64,000 nt of DNA from Dictyoglomaceae bacterium (GCA_049718665.1 JBNARO010000004.1:7815-71814), one strand, 5' to 3'. Shown: positions 25,226 to 35,212, numbered from the stretch's first letter. Translations and numbers: made by a program. The notes: generated by a model not told the origin, from the letters alone.

Positions 25226-28200
25226 TTAAGGAGTAGAACACATTATCATTTCTTCATCAAGCTTTATAATCTTCTCTATAGCTTCTTTATATGTTTTGTA
25301 ATCCTCTAAATTTATCTCAATTTTCTCCAATCTAAATATTCTTCTTATCTTTATTCTATTTTCTTCTTTCGTTACATTTCTTTTATAGGTTATCCAAGGA
25401 TATTTTAAAGAGACATCAATAGGGAATCTTTTTATTTCCCAAGAAGGTGGCAGATCAATCTCAACTTCTTCTATTTCTTCATAAGGATAATAATAATTTA
25501 TAGGATATCTTCTTTCGGGTTTTCCTATCTCTATAGTAGAAGTTATTTTAGTAAAGATTATGGGATTAAAATAGCTTATGCTATCTCTCTTTATATATTT
25601 TTCATTTTCAAAAGAAAATCTAATTATAACAGGAAGATCTAAATTTTGAAGGTTCTCGATCGACCAATCTTTAAGGTTCGAACCTGGACATTTAAGATTT
25701 ACAATTTGAGAAATTGTCTCTTCTTTTTCTAAGGTTGATGCAGATTTAAAATTCCAACGAGAATATACTGCAAAATATCCTATTGCTTCTAAATTTACTG
25801 ATGCTATTAATTTACCGCTCTCATCTACTTTTAGATTCACATTATAAACTCTTCTATTGTCTTCAGGCTTACTTAGTGGAATCTTAGTAAATATATAGCT
25901 TCCATCGTCTTTTAGTATCATTACATCCGCTCCTTGATCCATTATAGGAACTTCTCCCATAGGAGTATCTTCTGCAGTGCCATCTAAGAATAACCATCCC
26001 CCTTTTATAGGAACAGAGCATATAGCATGATCAAATTGAAATCCTGGAAGCTCTTTTTTAAGAGCGGTAGAAAATCGAGTATTTACTAAAGTATAATAAG
26101 CCTCAATCCCTGCAAGTCTCAACATAGTAATTAATAATACCGCTTTATCTTTGCAATCTCCATATTTTACTTTAAATATTTCAGGAGCTTGATGAGGCAT
26201 AACCCCTCTAATTCCATATTCCAAGCCTACATATCTTATCTGAGAGATTACATAGTTATATATTGCCTTTATTTTTTCTTCTTTTGTTCTCTTTTCTTGA
26301 GTAAGCTCCTTTACCTTTTCTTCTATAGCCTTATCTCCTCTTATTTGAGGATAAGATATAGAGGCAAACCAATCTGCTAATGTTTCCCAATTAGGATATG
26401 TAGTAATCCAAAGTTGTGGGGTGACATTGGGATAATATGGCATATAAGGTTCAGGAAGGAGAGGCGGAACGTCTTTATATTCCCAGGTGTATATTAAGGA
26501 ATCTTTCTCCTCAGATATATTTGGCTTTAGGTCCACATTATATGTTTTATATTTAAACTCAATACCCTTAGGGACTTTTAATTGATATCTACTTAAAATA
26601 ACTGGATCTTGCCATTGGAAGAAGTAAAGATCTTGAAATTGCTTGCCAAATACACTTCTTGTAAATTCTTCTACTACATAAAAACATTCTAAAATTGTAC
26701 CAGGCTCTACACCTGGCATAGATATTACAATCTGTCTCTGATCAGTATATAATGGGTAATCCTCTGTTACTGCAAAGTCCTTTATGGATACCGCTTCAAG
26801 TTCTTCCCCTGTGGGTTTTATAGTTCTTGCTCTTAATATTCTTACTAATTCAAAACTGGAATCATAATCTATAACTATTTCTCCATATCTTTCCCTTCCT
26901 TTGTCATTCTGTATTTTAATAATACTATGATAAATGTTAGTGCAAGAGCCATCTTTATGAACTATTCTTCTTTTTTCATCTAATAATATTACTGCGGGAT
27001 AATCTAAATATTCTCTTGGAATGGGTTTTTTAATATACTCACCAATATCAGGAAGACTTATAGTCTCTTCTCTTAGATAAGAAAGGTATTCCCTTAGTTT
27101 TTGATATCCTGGCTCTAAATCCAACGCTTTCTCAAAGCAACTTATTGCCTTTTCCTTTTCTCCTCTAAGATGAAGAATTTCTCCAATATTAAGATAGATG
27201 TCAGGATAATAGGGAGAAATCTTAAAAGTGGAGTTTAATAATTCAAAGGCTTTATCTTCTTCCCCTTTTGATATAAGAATTTCTGATTTTTCTAAATATA
27301 TCCACAAGTCTCTTGGATCTTTTTTCTCAAGACTTTCAAGAATTTTCTCTGCAAGGTCCCATCTTCCTATCTTCTTAGAGAGGTAATATAAAGAGTATAT
27401 TCCTTCCCAATATTCTGAGTCCTTTTCAAAGATATTTATATATTTTTCTAAGGCTTTAGAATACTGGTTTCTTACTTCATACCACCATCCTCTTAAATAG
27501 TCCTTTATAATACTTCCTGGAAAGTTTTCCTCTATAAATCTTATTTGATCATCTGCTTCCTTTAACCATCCTTTTTTAAGATAAATTCTTGAAAGGATAG
27601 TTCTTACTTGGAAAGCATAAGGGTTTTCCTTTAATATAGATTTCAGATAATCAATAGCTTCTTCATATCTCCCATAAGAATAGCTGTAGAAAGCAAGATA
27701 TGTAAAGACTTGAGTAAAAGATGGAACTTTATAAGATGCCTGAAGAATTAATTCCTTACCTTTTTCCTCCTTTCCCATATAAAGATATAGTCTTCCTAAG
27801 AAGTATTTTATCAAGGACGAATCAGGATTAATTCTTAGAGCCATTTGTAATAACTCTTCTGCTTTACTGTAAATTCCTTTTTCTGTTAAAAGATACCCTG
27901 CAAAGAGATAATATACAGGAATATAAGATACTTCTTCTGCTAAAGAAAGCTCTGGATTTTCCTCATCAAACTTAAAGATTCTTCTTGAAAAATCTTTCTG
28001 TTCCTTAGAAAATTTTATCCCCTCTATGGGATTTCCTGATGTATCAGTAATAGAGAAGAAAAATCCCCAATCTCCTTCAGAATTTGCTACTTTAATTAAA
28101 ATCTTATGCCATCCTAAGGAGAGATTTGCTCTTAAAATATTTTGACCGAAATAAGAAGATCTTTCTGCTTCTTCTTTTATACAAGGGAAGTCATCAATCC

Positions 28201-28927
28201 ACAAAATTATACTTTCAGAACTTCCTATATTTATTAAAACTTCTTGGGATTTTGGAAGATAAAGATATGTCAGTGCATACCCTACACTCCATTTATTGGG
28301 ATATAAAATGTTATAAAAACTTACATAACCAGTATTAGAAGAAACATTTGGGCTAAACCATCTTACTTCCATTCCGCCTTTTCCCAAATAGCTCTTTTCC
28401 AAATTAATTTCCTTTTCAGGAGGATATTCTTTATAAAATCCTGAATTTCCTACATTATCAAAGGGGCCTATAATTAACCATTCATCAATAAATCCTTTTC
28501 TTTCCTTAAATTTCTTTAATTCCTCTATATCGTTAGTACTACATAAGCTTTGCCAATAAAGGTAATCTAAATACTCAGATCTTTGTGGATAATCTTTTAA
28601 AAGAGTTTTAAAATATGGAATCTTCCCAAGGTCTTTCCATATTTCTCTCCCCAAAAGTCCTAAAACATTATGCCAATAAGATTTAGGATTTAATTTAATT
28701 GCTTTTTCCCAGAAGGTCCATGCAGTCTCTGGCTTATCTTCTAAAAGATAGAGAAGAGCTAATCCAATATTGGATAAGTAATTGTCTTGGCTTGCAAGCC
28801 ATATATTTTTTGATATCTCCCAGTTATTGTTAATTAGAGCTTTCCATGGATCATTTAATTCTTGGGCAAAAAGGGGGAAGATAATTAAAGATATAAAGAT
28901 CAAAATTATTAAAATCTTTCTTCTCAT
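25226..28927 (-). CDS. secreted 1233-aa protein: beta-sandwich domain, TPR array, and a DUF3857/transglutaminase-core/DUF3858-like module
   Basis: Signal peptide MRRKILIILIFISLIIFPLFA. Multiple TPR-like repeats at about aa 340-640. Cys-His-Asp triad context YGDCKDKAVLLITMLRLAGIEAY...FDHAICSV...FLDGT. Confidence 0.75.
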   Translation of the reverse strand: MRRKILIILIFISLIIFPLFAQELNDPWKALINNNWEISKNIWLASQDNYLSNIGLALLYLLEDKPETAWTFWEKAIKLNPKSYWHNVLGLLGREIWKDLGKIPYFKTLLKDYPQRSEYLDYLYWQSLCSTNDIEELKKFKERKGFIDEWLIIGPFDNVGNSGFYKEYPPEKEINLEKSYLGKGGMEVRWFSPNVSSNTGYVSFYNILYPNKWSVGYALTYLYLPKSQEVLINIGSSESIILWIDDFPCIKEEAERSSYFGQNILRANLSLGWHKILIKVANSEGDWGFFFSITDTSGNPIEGIKFSKEQKDFSRRIFKFDEENPELSLAEEVSYIPVYYLFAGYLLTEKGIYSKAEELLQMALRINPDSSLIKYFLGRLYLYMGKEEKGKELILQASYKVPSFTQVFTYLAFYSYSYGRYEEAIDYLKSILKENPYAFQVRTILSRIYLKKGWLKEADDQIRFIEENFPGSIIKDYLRGWWYEVRNQYSKALEKYINIFEKDSEYWEGIYSLYYLSKKIGRWDLAEKILESLEKKDPRDLWIYLEKSEILISKGEEDKAFELLNSTFKISPYYPDIYLNIGEILHLRGEKEKAISCFEKALDLEPGYQKLREYLSYLREETISLPDIGEYIKKPIPREYLDYPAVILLDEKRRIVHKDGSCTNIYHSIIKIQNDKGRERYGEIVIDYDSSFELVRILRARTIKPTGEELEAVSIKDFAVTEDYPLYTDQRQIVISMPGVEPGTILECFYVVEEFTRSVFGKQFQDLYFFQWQDPVILSRYQLKVPKGIEFKYKTYNVDLKPNISEEKDSLIYTWEYKDVPPLLPEPYMPYYPNVTPQLWITTYPNWETLADWFASISYPQIRGDKAIEEKVKELTQEKRTKEEKIKAIYNYVISQIRYVGLEYGIRGVMPHQAPEIFKVKYGDCKDKAVLLITMLRLAGIEAYYTLVNTRFSTALKKELPGFQFDHAICSVPIKGGWLFLDGTAEDTPMGEVPIMDQGADVMILKDDGSYIFTKIPLSKPEDNRRVYNVNLKVDESGKLIASVNLEAIGYFAVYSRWNFKSASTLEKEETISQIVNLKCPGSNLKDWSIENLQNLDLPVIIRFSFENEKYIKRDSISYFNPIIFTKITSTIEIGKPERRYPINYYYPYEEIEEVEIDLPPSWEIKRFPIDVSLKYPWITYKRNVTKEENRIKIRRIFRLEKIEINLEDYKTYKEAIEKIIKLDEEMIMCSTP

Positions 28928-29367
28928 AATCTATTCTCCCTTTTTAACATTTCCAATCTTTTTCTTAATGTTTCTTGAGAAACCATAAATATTCTTGATA
29001 TTTTTGACGATGGAAGAGTAAGATATCTTTCTAATAAAAAATATGGCAAAAGTAAGGTTCCTGCAAAGTTATCTGCTTCAAGGTCTAAGATATCTCTTTC
29101 CTTCTCTATGAGAAAGGATGATTTTTGATGGAGAAAGAAATGTCCCAGTTCATGAGCAATAGTAAATCTTTGTCTTACCAACGGATGAGATTCATTTACA
29201 ATTATTGCCTGGAGATTTTTCCCTAAATATAAAAATCCCGCAACTTTTTGGGGAAGAGAAGAAGATATTACTTCAAGCCCTAATCCATATGCAATAACAT
29301 CAGGCTTTACTGGGGGCTTTCCAGTAGAGAAGTATAAAAGAATTTCCTTAACCAGGTCTTCGTACAT
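28924..29367 (-). CDS. ImmA/IrrE-family (COG2856) zinc metallopeptidase
   Basis: HEXXH motif HELGHFFLH plus the downstream E..AN.FA motif (EADNFAG). Its stop overlaps the ATG of the 1233-aa ORF (ATGA). Confidence 0.85.
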   Translation of the reverse strand: MYEDLVKEILLYFSTGKPPVKPDVIAYGLGLEVISSSLPQKVAGFLYLGKNLQAIIVNESHPLVRQRFTIAHELGHFFLHQKSSFLIEKERDILDLEADNFAGTLLLPYFLLERYLTLPSSKISRIFMVSQETLRKRLEMLKRENRL

Positions 29368-29665
29368 TCTTCTTCCTTTCTAAGGATTCAATAAGTTGAA
29401 TTATCATTTTTCTTTCATCTTCGTCCAAATTTGTATTTGCCCTTAAAAAAGCTTCTAAACTTTCGTTTTCTTCTCTACTAAATAATGCTGCAGGAGTTAG
29501 ACCAAAACACGACGCAATTTTTTCCAATGCTTTTAGAGAAGGATTTTTTAATCCCCTTTCAATCAAGGAGATATAGGAAAGTGAAAGTCCAGTTCTTTTA
29601 GATAATTCTTCTAAGGTTAAATTTCTCTCTTTTCTTAACTCTCTGATCTTTTTCCCAACGTTCAT
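29348..29665 (-). CDS. XRE-family helix-turn-helix transcriptional regulator
   Basis: IRELRKERNLTLEELSKRTGLSLSYISLIERG is a textbook HTH_3. Overlaps the ImmA start by 20 nt. Confidence 0.9.
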   Translation of the reverse strand: MNVGKKIRELRKERNLTLEELSKRTGLSLSYISLIERGLKNPSLKALEKIASCFGLTPAALFSREENESLEAFLRANTNLDEDERKMIIQLIESLERKKNVRRPG

Positions 29666-29693
29666 AGCTTAATTTTAATCTTGAATTTCTTTT

Positions 29694-29727
29694 TTGTTAA
29701 GAGATAATTTTTTGATATAATATCTCT
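29694..29727 (+). promoter_or_regulatory. murJ promoter with an embedded inverted repeat (candidate XRE operator)
   Basis: TTGTTA, 16-nt spacer, TGATATAAT. The 7-bp inverted repeat AGAGATA-N14-TATCTCT (29700-29727) brackets the -10 box. Confidence 0.5.
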
Positions 29728-29738
29728 GTTTTAAGACT

Positions 29739-31349
29739 ATGGATAAGAGAAGTATTCTGCAAAGATTGAAGAGATTGTTTTTAAGACAGAGTATAACAGA
29801 GGCAGCAGTCCTCATCACTCTCATGGCTACTTTTAGTAGATTTTTAGGTTTCCTAAGAGAGACGATGATTGCTGCCTTCTTTGGAGCAAAAAAATTTACC
29901 GATAGTTTTGTAGTAGCCAGTGCGGTTCCTAGCATATTGGCGGGATTAGTTGCAGGTGCCATCTCCTCAGTATTTATCCCATTATATGCAGAATGGAAAG
30001 AAAAATATGGAAAAGAAGAATCAGAGAGATTTGCAAGTATTCTTCTTTCTAATATTTTTGCAATCCTCTTTTTTGTAACAATTTTATCTTATATATTATC
30101 CCCAATAATTATTTCAATTCTTGCTCCTGGATTTAATGAAGAGTCCAAAAATCTTGCTATTTATCTTTCGTATATTATGCTTCCTTCTATTATTTTTTGG
30201 GGAACCTATGGGTTGGTTACAGGAATATTTAATTCTCAAAAAAGTTTCTTTTTACCTAATCTTGCTGGGGTATTGGGAAATGTAATTTTCATTATTTTTA
30301 TATTTTTTCTTCATAAATATCTTGGAGTATACGCCCTTGCTTGGGGAAGTTTAGCTAATGTAGTATTTCAATATGTTGTTCTTCTTCCATATCTTTCAAA
30401 GATTGGTTTTCATCTTAAGTGGGAATTAAATTTTAAATACGAAGGAGTTAAAAAGGCATTATATCTTATTGCACCTATCTTTATTGCCCAAAGTATTGGA
30501 CTTATAAATATGGCAGTGGATAGAATTTTTGGATCCTATCTTCCTGAGGGAAGTATTTCCGCATTAAATTATGCCAGTAGATTGTATCAACTTCCCTTAA
30601 ATTTATTTGTTAATGCTCTTGCTAGCGCAACCTATACGGATTTTGCATTTATTGCCCAAAGCGAAGATCTTTCTAATCTTAAAACTTCTATGGAAAAGAC
30701 CTTAAGAGCAGTATTATTCTTTGTTATTCCTGCCTCGTTGGGTTTTATGTTTTTAGCAAAACCTATAGTCCAACTTGCTTTTGAAAGAGGGCTTTTTGAT
30801 TCTCTTGCCACAAAAAGAACTTCAGAATCTTTGATCTTTTATTCTCTTGGTCTTACATTTATGTCCATAAATACTATTCTTGTTAGAGTTTTCTTTTCCC
30901 TCCACGACACAAAAACTCCTACTATAAATTCTATTATAGCTCTTATTTCAAATATTCTTTTAAATCTTATATTCATAAAGCCCTTAGCTCATATGGGACT
31001 TGCCTTAGCTACTTCCTGTGCTTCCTTTATTTCTACTATTCTTCTTTATAGGTCTCTAAAAAAGAAAATTTATGAGCCTTTTAGTAAGGATCTATTTGAA
31101 AAAATAAAATTGTTTATTATTGGTGGAGCAATAATTGGATTTATTGCCTTTTTCTCTTATAATTTCTTATGGTCAATCCTACCTAAGAATCAGCTCAGTT
31201 TAGCTATTTCTCTACTTTCCTCTATAGGAGCTTCAGTTTTGGTTTATCTTTACTTAGGTTCAAAATGGAAGCTCGAGGAAGCGAGAAGAATATTTAGTAT
31301 CTTCCGCAGAAACCTCGAGCTTCTTTCCCAATTTATGGGATTAAAGTAG
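29739..31349 (+). CDS. murJ: lipid II flippase MurJ
   Basis: 536 aa, ~14 TM. N-terminus ...ATFSRFLGFLRETMIAAFFGA is the MurJ/MviN signature. Confidence 0.9.
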   Translation: MDKRSILQRLKRLFLRQSITEAAVLITLMATFSRFLGFLRETMIAAFFGAKKFTDSFVVASAVPSILAGLVAGAISSVFIPLYAEWKEKYGKEESERFASILLSNIFAILFFVTILSYILSPIIISILAPGFNEESKNLAIYLSYIMLPSIIFWGTYGLVTGIFNSQKSFFLPNLAGVLGNVIFIIFIFFLHKYLGVYALAWGSLANVVFQYVVLLPYLSKIGFHLKWELNFKYEGVKKALYLIAPIFIAQSIGLINMAVDRIFGSYLPEGSISALNYASRLYQLPLNLFVNALASATYTDFAFIAQSEDLSNLKTSMEKTLRAVLFFVIPASLGFMFLAKPIVQLAFERGLFDSLATKRTSESLIFYSLGLTFMSINTILVRVFFSLHDTKTPTINSIIALISNILLNLIFIKPLAHMGLALATSCASFISTILLYRSLKKKIYEPFSKDLFEKIKLFIIGGAIIGFIAFFSYNFLWSILPKNQLSLAISLLSSIGASVLVYLYLGSKWKLEEARRIFSIFRRNLELLSQFMGLK

Positions 31350-32354
31350 TTTTTCCTCTTCTTCTACTAAAAAGGTCAAAAGTTTTACAGCATTTTCTAC
31401 ATCATTTAAATCTACCATTTCATGAGGAGAATGGACATATCTTGTAGGAATAGATAAGGTTCCACTAATAATTCCTTCTCCCGTAGTTTGTAAGGCTGCT
31501 GCATTAGTTCCTCCTCTTAATAAAACTTCTATTTGATAAGGGATATTTTTCTTCTCCGCCAAATTTCTTAGTTTTTCTACGACCTTTCTATCACTTATGG
31601 AGACACTATCTTTAATCTTTATAGCGGGACCACTCCCTAAGTTAAGAGACATTCTTTTATTTCCCTTTGGGGTATCAGAATGGAGAGTAACATCCACAGC
31701 AATTGCCATATCTGGCTTTATATTAAAAGCTACAGTACTTGCTCCTACAAGCCCCATCTCTTCCTGAACTGTAAAGGTAGCATATAAATTATGATAGGGT
31801 TTAGATCTTTTTAGAACCTCAATAATTATGGCACATCCAATTCTATCATCCATAGCTTTGGATATTACTCTTTCTCCTAAATCAATAAAGGGTGCATAAT
31901 AAACCCCAAATGTCCCTGGAGGGACTAATTTTTCTGCACTTTCTTTGTCTTTTACACCAATATCTACAAAAATTTTATCAAAATTAAGCTCTCTCATATT
32001 TTTAGTTAACTCTTCTTGAGTTTCCCCTTCTACCCCTATAACTCCTTTTATATTATTTGGGAAAGATATAGTTGATCCTAAGAGATTATATGGAGAAATC
32101 CCTCCTATCCCCTCAATTCTAATAAAACCCTTTTCATCTATATATGTGGCAACTACGCCAATTTCATCCATATGGGCATCTAAGAGGAGTTTTTCATTAC
32201 TTCTTCCCTTTTTCCAAACAATGAGATTTCCCAATTTATCTATCTCATATCCATCTACAAAATTTTTTACTTCATCTAAAATAACATTCCTTATCTCTAC
32301 TTCTCTTCCACTGGGAGAGGAAACTTGTGTAAGTTTTTGTATTAATTCTTTCAT
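31341..32354 (-). CDS. M42-family (FrvX/TET/CelM-like) aminopeptidase, paralog 1
   Basis: HMDEIG, MDDRIGC and QEEMGLVGA metal-ligand motifs. Confidence 0.88.
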   Translation of the reverse strand: MKELIQKLTQVSSPSGREVEIRNVILDEVKNFVDGYEIDKLGNLIVWKKGRSNEKLLLDAHMDEIGVVATYIDEKGFIRIEGIGGISPYNLLGSTISFPNNIKGVIGVEGETQEELTKNMRELNFDKIFVDIGVKDKESAEKLVPPGTFGVYYAPFIDLGERVISKAMDDRIGCAIIIEVLKRSKPYHNLYATFTVQEEMGLVGASTVAFNIKPDMAIAVDVTLHSDTPKGNKRMSLNLGSGPAIKIKDSVSISDRKVVEKLRNLAEKKNIPYQIEVLLRGGTNAAALQTTGEGIISGTLSIPTRYVHSPHEMVDLNDVENAVKLLTFLVEEEEKLL

Positions 32355-33379
32355 TCTTCAACCTCCTTTTCTAAAAGAATAGATATTAACTTTAAAGTAT
32401 TTTCATAATCTGCTAAATTCATAACGCATAAAGGAGAATGAATATATCTTGAAGGAATAGAAATTACAAGAGAAGGAGTTCCAGAAGCTAATGCAATGAT
32501 TCTTGCATCGGTTCCTCCTACTGTTCTTCTCTTTATCTGATAAGGGATATTATTCTCTTTTGCGACTTTTAATACAAAGTTAAATAATCTCTCATCATTT
32601 GCATATCCTGAATGTACAGGGGTAATAACAGGACCCTTGCCCAATTCTGTAGATCTTCTTGCTTCTGGAAATTCTGGATTATCTCCTGATGTTGTTGTCT
32701 CAAAAACAAAAGCAAAGTCAGGTTTTATTCTCTCAGAGGCTATCTTCGCACCTTTACCTCCTACTTCTTCCTGAACAGAAAATACAAAATATGTATCATA
32801 AGCTAAATTAATAGGTTTCTCTATCAAGTCTATTAAGAGGGAACATCCTCCTCTATCGTCTAATCCCTTTCCTGAGAACCATTCTTTGTGAATCATAGAA
32901 TTTCCTGCAAAAGCAACAAAATCACCAATTTTAACTTTACCTTCCACTTCTGTTCTTTTTGTTGCTCCAATATCTACTTTTATATCGTTAAAGTTTGGAG
33001 GAATTAATAAATCATCCCTTTGAAGATGAATAGCTTTATAACCAATAATTCCCGGAATTTCTCTTTCTCCAACTAACACCTTTTTACCAATAATTGCTCG
33101 AACATCTACCGACCCAATGGGAATTATGCTCAATTTTCCATCCTCTTCAATATTACTAACCATAAATCCTACCTCATCCATATGGGCAGAAAGTATCAAT
33201 TTTTTACTATTTCTCCCCTTTTTCCATGCGATAAGATTTCCTAATACATCCTCTTCAAGCCCTTCAACCTTATCCTTTATCTTCTCTTTTACAAACTCCC
33301 TTACTCTTTTTTCATATCCAGAAACACCACTAATTTCTGTTAATTCCTTTAAATACAAATTATTCACCTCCCCTTGCAA
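32351..33379 (-). CDS. M42-family aminopeptidase, paralog 2
   Basis: HMDEVG, LDDRGGC and QEEVGGKGA motifs. 4-nt overlap with paralog 1. Confidence 0.88.
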   Translation of the reverse strand: MQGEVNNLYLKELTEISGVSGYEKRVREFVKEKIKDKVEGLEEDVLGNLIAWKKGRNSKKLILSAHMDEVGFMVSNIEEDGKLSIIPIGSVDVRAIIGKKVLVGEREIPGIIGYKAIHLQRDDLLIPPNFNDIKVDIGATKRTEVEGKVKIGDFVAFAGNSMIHKEWFSGKGLDDRGGCSLLIDLIEKPINLAYDTYFVFSVQEEVGGKGAKIASERIKPDFAFVFETTTSGDNPEFPEARRSTELGKGPVITPVHSGYANDERLFNFVLKVAKENNIPYQIKRRTVGGTDARIIALASGTPSLVISIPSRYIHSPLCVMNLADYENTLKLISILLEKEVEE

Positions 33380-34409
33380 TAAAATAAGAAAGAAGTCTTG
33401 CAGTCTCCTCTAAATCCTTTAAATTTACTATCTCATAAGGAGTATGCATATATCTTAAAGGGATAGAAACAAGTATGGTAGCAATTCCACCTGCAGTTAT
33501 TTGAACAATATCGGTATCAGTATAACTTATTGGTCCTGTAGGCTCAATTTGATAATTGACAGATATTTTTTCTGCTAAGCTCTTTATCTTTTCAAAATAC
33601 TCGTATGAGATTACAGGACCTATATCAAAGACAGGTCCTTTTCCTGTCTCAATTTTAGGGTAGGATGGGCGTGAAGTATCTGCATGAGTCACATCTAAGA
33701 TTATAGCAAGATCTGGTTTTATTCTATATGCAGGTCCTCGAGCTCCAGTGGTTCCATCCTCTTCTCTGACATTAAAAATAAAATAACTTTCTGCTTTTGG
33801 AATAAAATCATTTAAAAGTTCCATGGTGTAAAGAAGAACTGCACAACTTGCTCTATTATCCAATGCTTTTCCTGTGAAATACTTTTCAGATAGTAAAAAT
33901 GGCTCAGAAGTAAAATTTCCAGTATCTCCAATACTTACTTTCTCTGCATTTTCTACCATATCGATAAAAAGCTCATCAAGAGATGGAACCTTTTTTCTAC
34001 TTTCTTCTGTTTGAAGATGAGGTTCTAACATTCCTACAACTCCATAGGCAATATTTCCATCTCTTGTATGAAATCTCAATCTTTGAGAAATAATAGCTTT
34101 GGGATCGACTTTACCAAAAGTAGAAAATCTAAAAAAGTTTCCAGATTCCTTTTTTGTTAATATAAATCCTATTTCATCTACATGAGCAAAAAGGGCAATT
34201 TTCTTTCCTTTTCCTTCTTTTCTAACAATAAGATTTCCTTGTCTGTCGATCTCTGTCTCGGTATTTTTGATTTTTTCCGCCTCTTTCTTTATATACTCTA
34301 TTACTTCTTTTTCATATCCTGATGGTCCATCTAAAGAAGATAAATTCTTCAAAACCTCTATTAAGTCCACCTTTTGTCCTCCTTTCTTTGAAAAGTAAAA
34401 ATACTTCAT
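33360..34409 (-). CDS. M42-family aminopeptidase, divergent paralog 3
   Basis: HVDEIG, LDNRASC and REEDGTTGA: same architecture with substituted positions next to the metal ligands. Confidence 0.8.
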   Translation of the reverse strand: MKYFYFSKKGGQKVDLIEVLKNLSSLDGPSGYEKEVIEYIKKEAEKIKNTETEIDRQGNLIVRKEGKGKKIALFAHVDEIGFILTKKESGNFFRFSTFGKVDPKAIISQRLRFHTRDGNIAYGVVGMLEPHLQTEESRKKVPSLDELFIDMVENAEKVSIGDTGNFTSEPFLLSEKYFTGKALDNRASCAVLLYTMELLNDFIPKAESYFIFNVREEDGTTGARGPAYRIKPDLAIILDVTHADTSRPSYPKIETGKGPVFDIGPVISYEYFEKIKSLAEKISVNYQIEPTGPISYTDTDIVQITAGGIATILVSIPLRYMHTPYEIVNLKDLEETARLLSYFIARGGE

Positions 34410-34456
34410 TTATTATAAAAGAAAACTATAGGTTTAAAAGAGAGGGCAAAGGGTTT

Positions 34457-35212
34457 TTATAACAAATTTGCTTCTTCTAAAAATTTTCTATCAGAGAATA
34501 TACTTTTGTAATCTCCCACTCTTAAAATCTTTTTATTCTCTCCAAGGATATAGATTTTTTCTGAAATTTCAGGAACAATATTTAACTCATGAGTTGCAGT
34601 AATAGTAGTTTTTCCTTGAGACTGAAGCTCTTTGATAAGAGTTATAAGTTCTTTAGAACTTCGAGGATCAAGTCCATTAGTTGGCTCATCCAAAAGAATT
34701 ACTTCTGGCTCAATAATAAGAAGAGATGCTAATGCTACTTTTTTCTTCTCTCCTTCACTAAGTTGATAGGGAGATCTTCCTAAAAGGTGAGTTATACGGA
34801 AAAATTCTGCTATACTCTTAACTCGCTCTTTTATTTCTTCTAAGGATAACCCAAGCTGAATTAGTCCAAAAGAGAGTTCATCTTCTACTGTTGGTGAAAA
34901 AAGTTGTGCATCTATATTTTGGAAAAGAAGGACTACATTCTTTCTAAAAAATCTATTAAATTCCTGATCCTCAAAGGTCTTTTCTCTTAATTCTTTAGAA
35001 AAGGCATAAACTTTTCCTTCTTGAGGATAAAGGAGTCCATCAATAATCTTTAAAAGAGTACTTTTTCCAGAACCATTAGGACCAAGGATACATATCTTTT
35101 CTCCTTTATATATCTCAAGATTTATAGATGAAAGGGCAGGTTTATGGTCAAGGTAGTAAAAACTTACACTTTCAAGTTTAAATAAAACTTCTCTTACCAT
35201 ATAAAACCCCAT
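34457..35212 (-). CDS. nikO: ECF-type Ni/Co transporter ATPase (CbiO/NikO)
   Basis: Walker A GPNGSGKST, signature LSEGEKKKV, Walker B LLDEP. The start may be the internal MVREV. Confidence 0.85.
   Translation of the reverse strand: MGFYMVREVLFKLESVSFYYLDHKPALSSINLEIYKGEKICILGPNGSGKSTLLKIIDGLLYPQEGKVYAFSKELREKTFEDQEFNRFFRKNVVLLFQNIDAQLFSPTVEDELSFGLIQLGLSLEEIKERVKSIAEFFRITHLLGRSPYQLSEGEKKKVALASLLIIEPEVILLDEPTNGLDPRSSKELITLIKELQSQGKTTITATHELNIVPEISEKIYILGENKKILRVGDYKSIFSDRKFLEEANLL

Noticed and set aside
29675-29962. 95-aa minus-strand ORF upstream of the XRE gene.
   Set aside because: It overlaps the conserved N-terminus of murJ in antisense and covers the divergent promoter region. The XRE gene has its own promoter-like elements.
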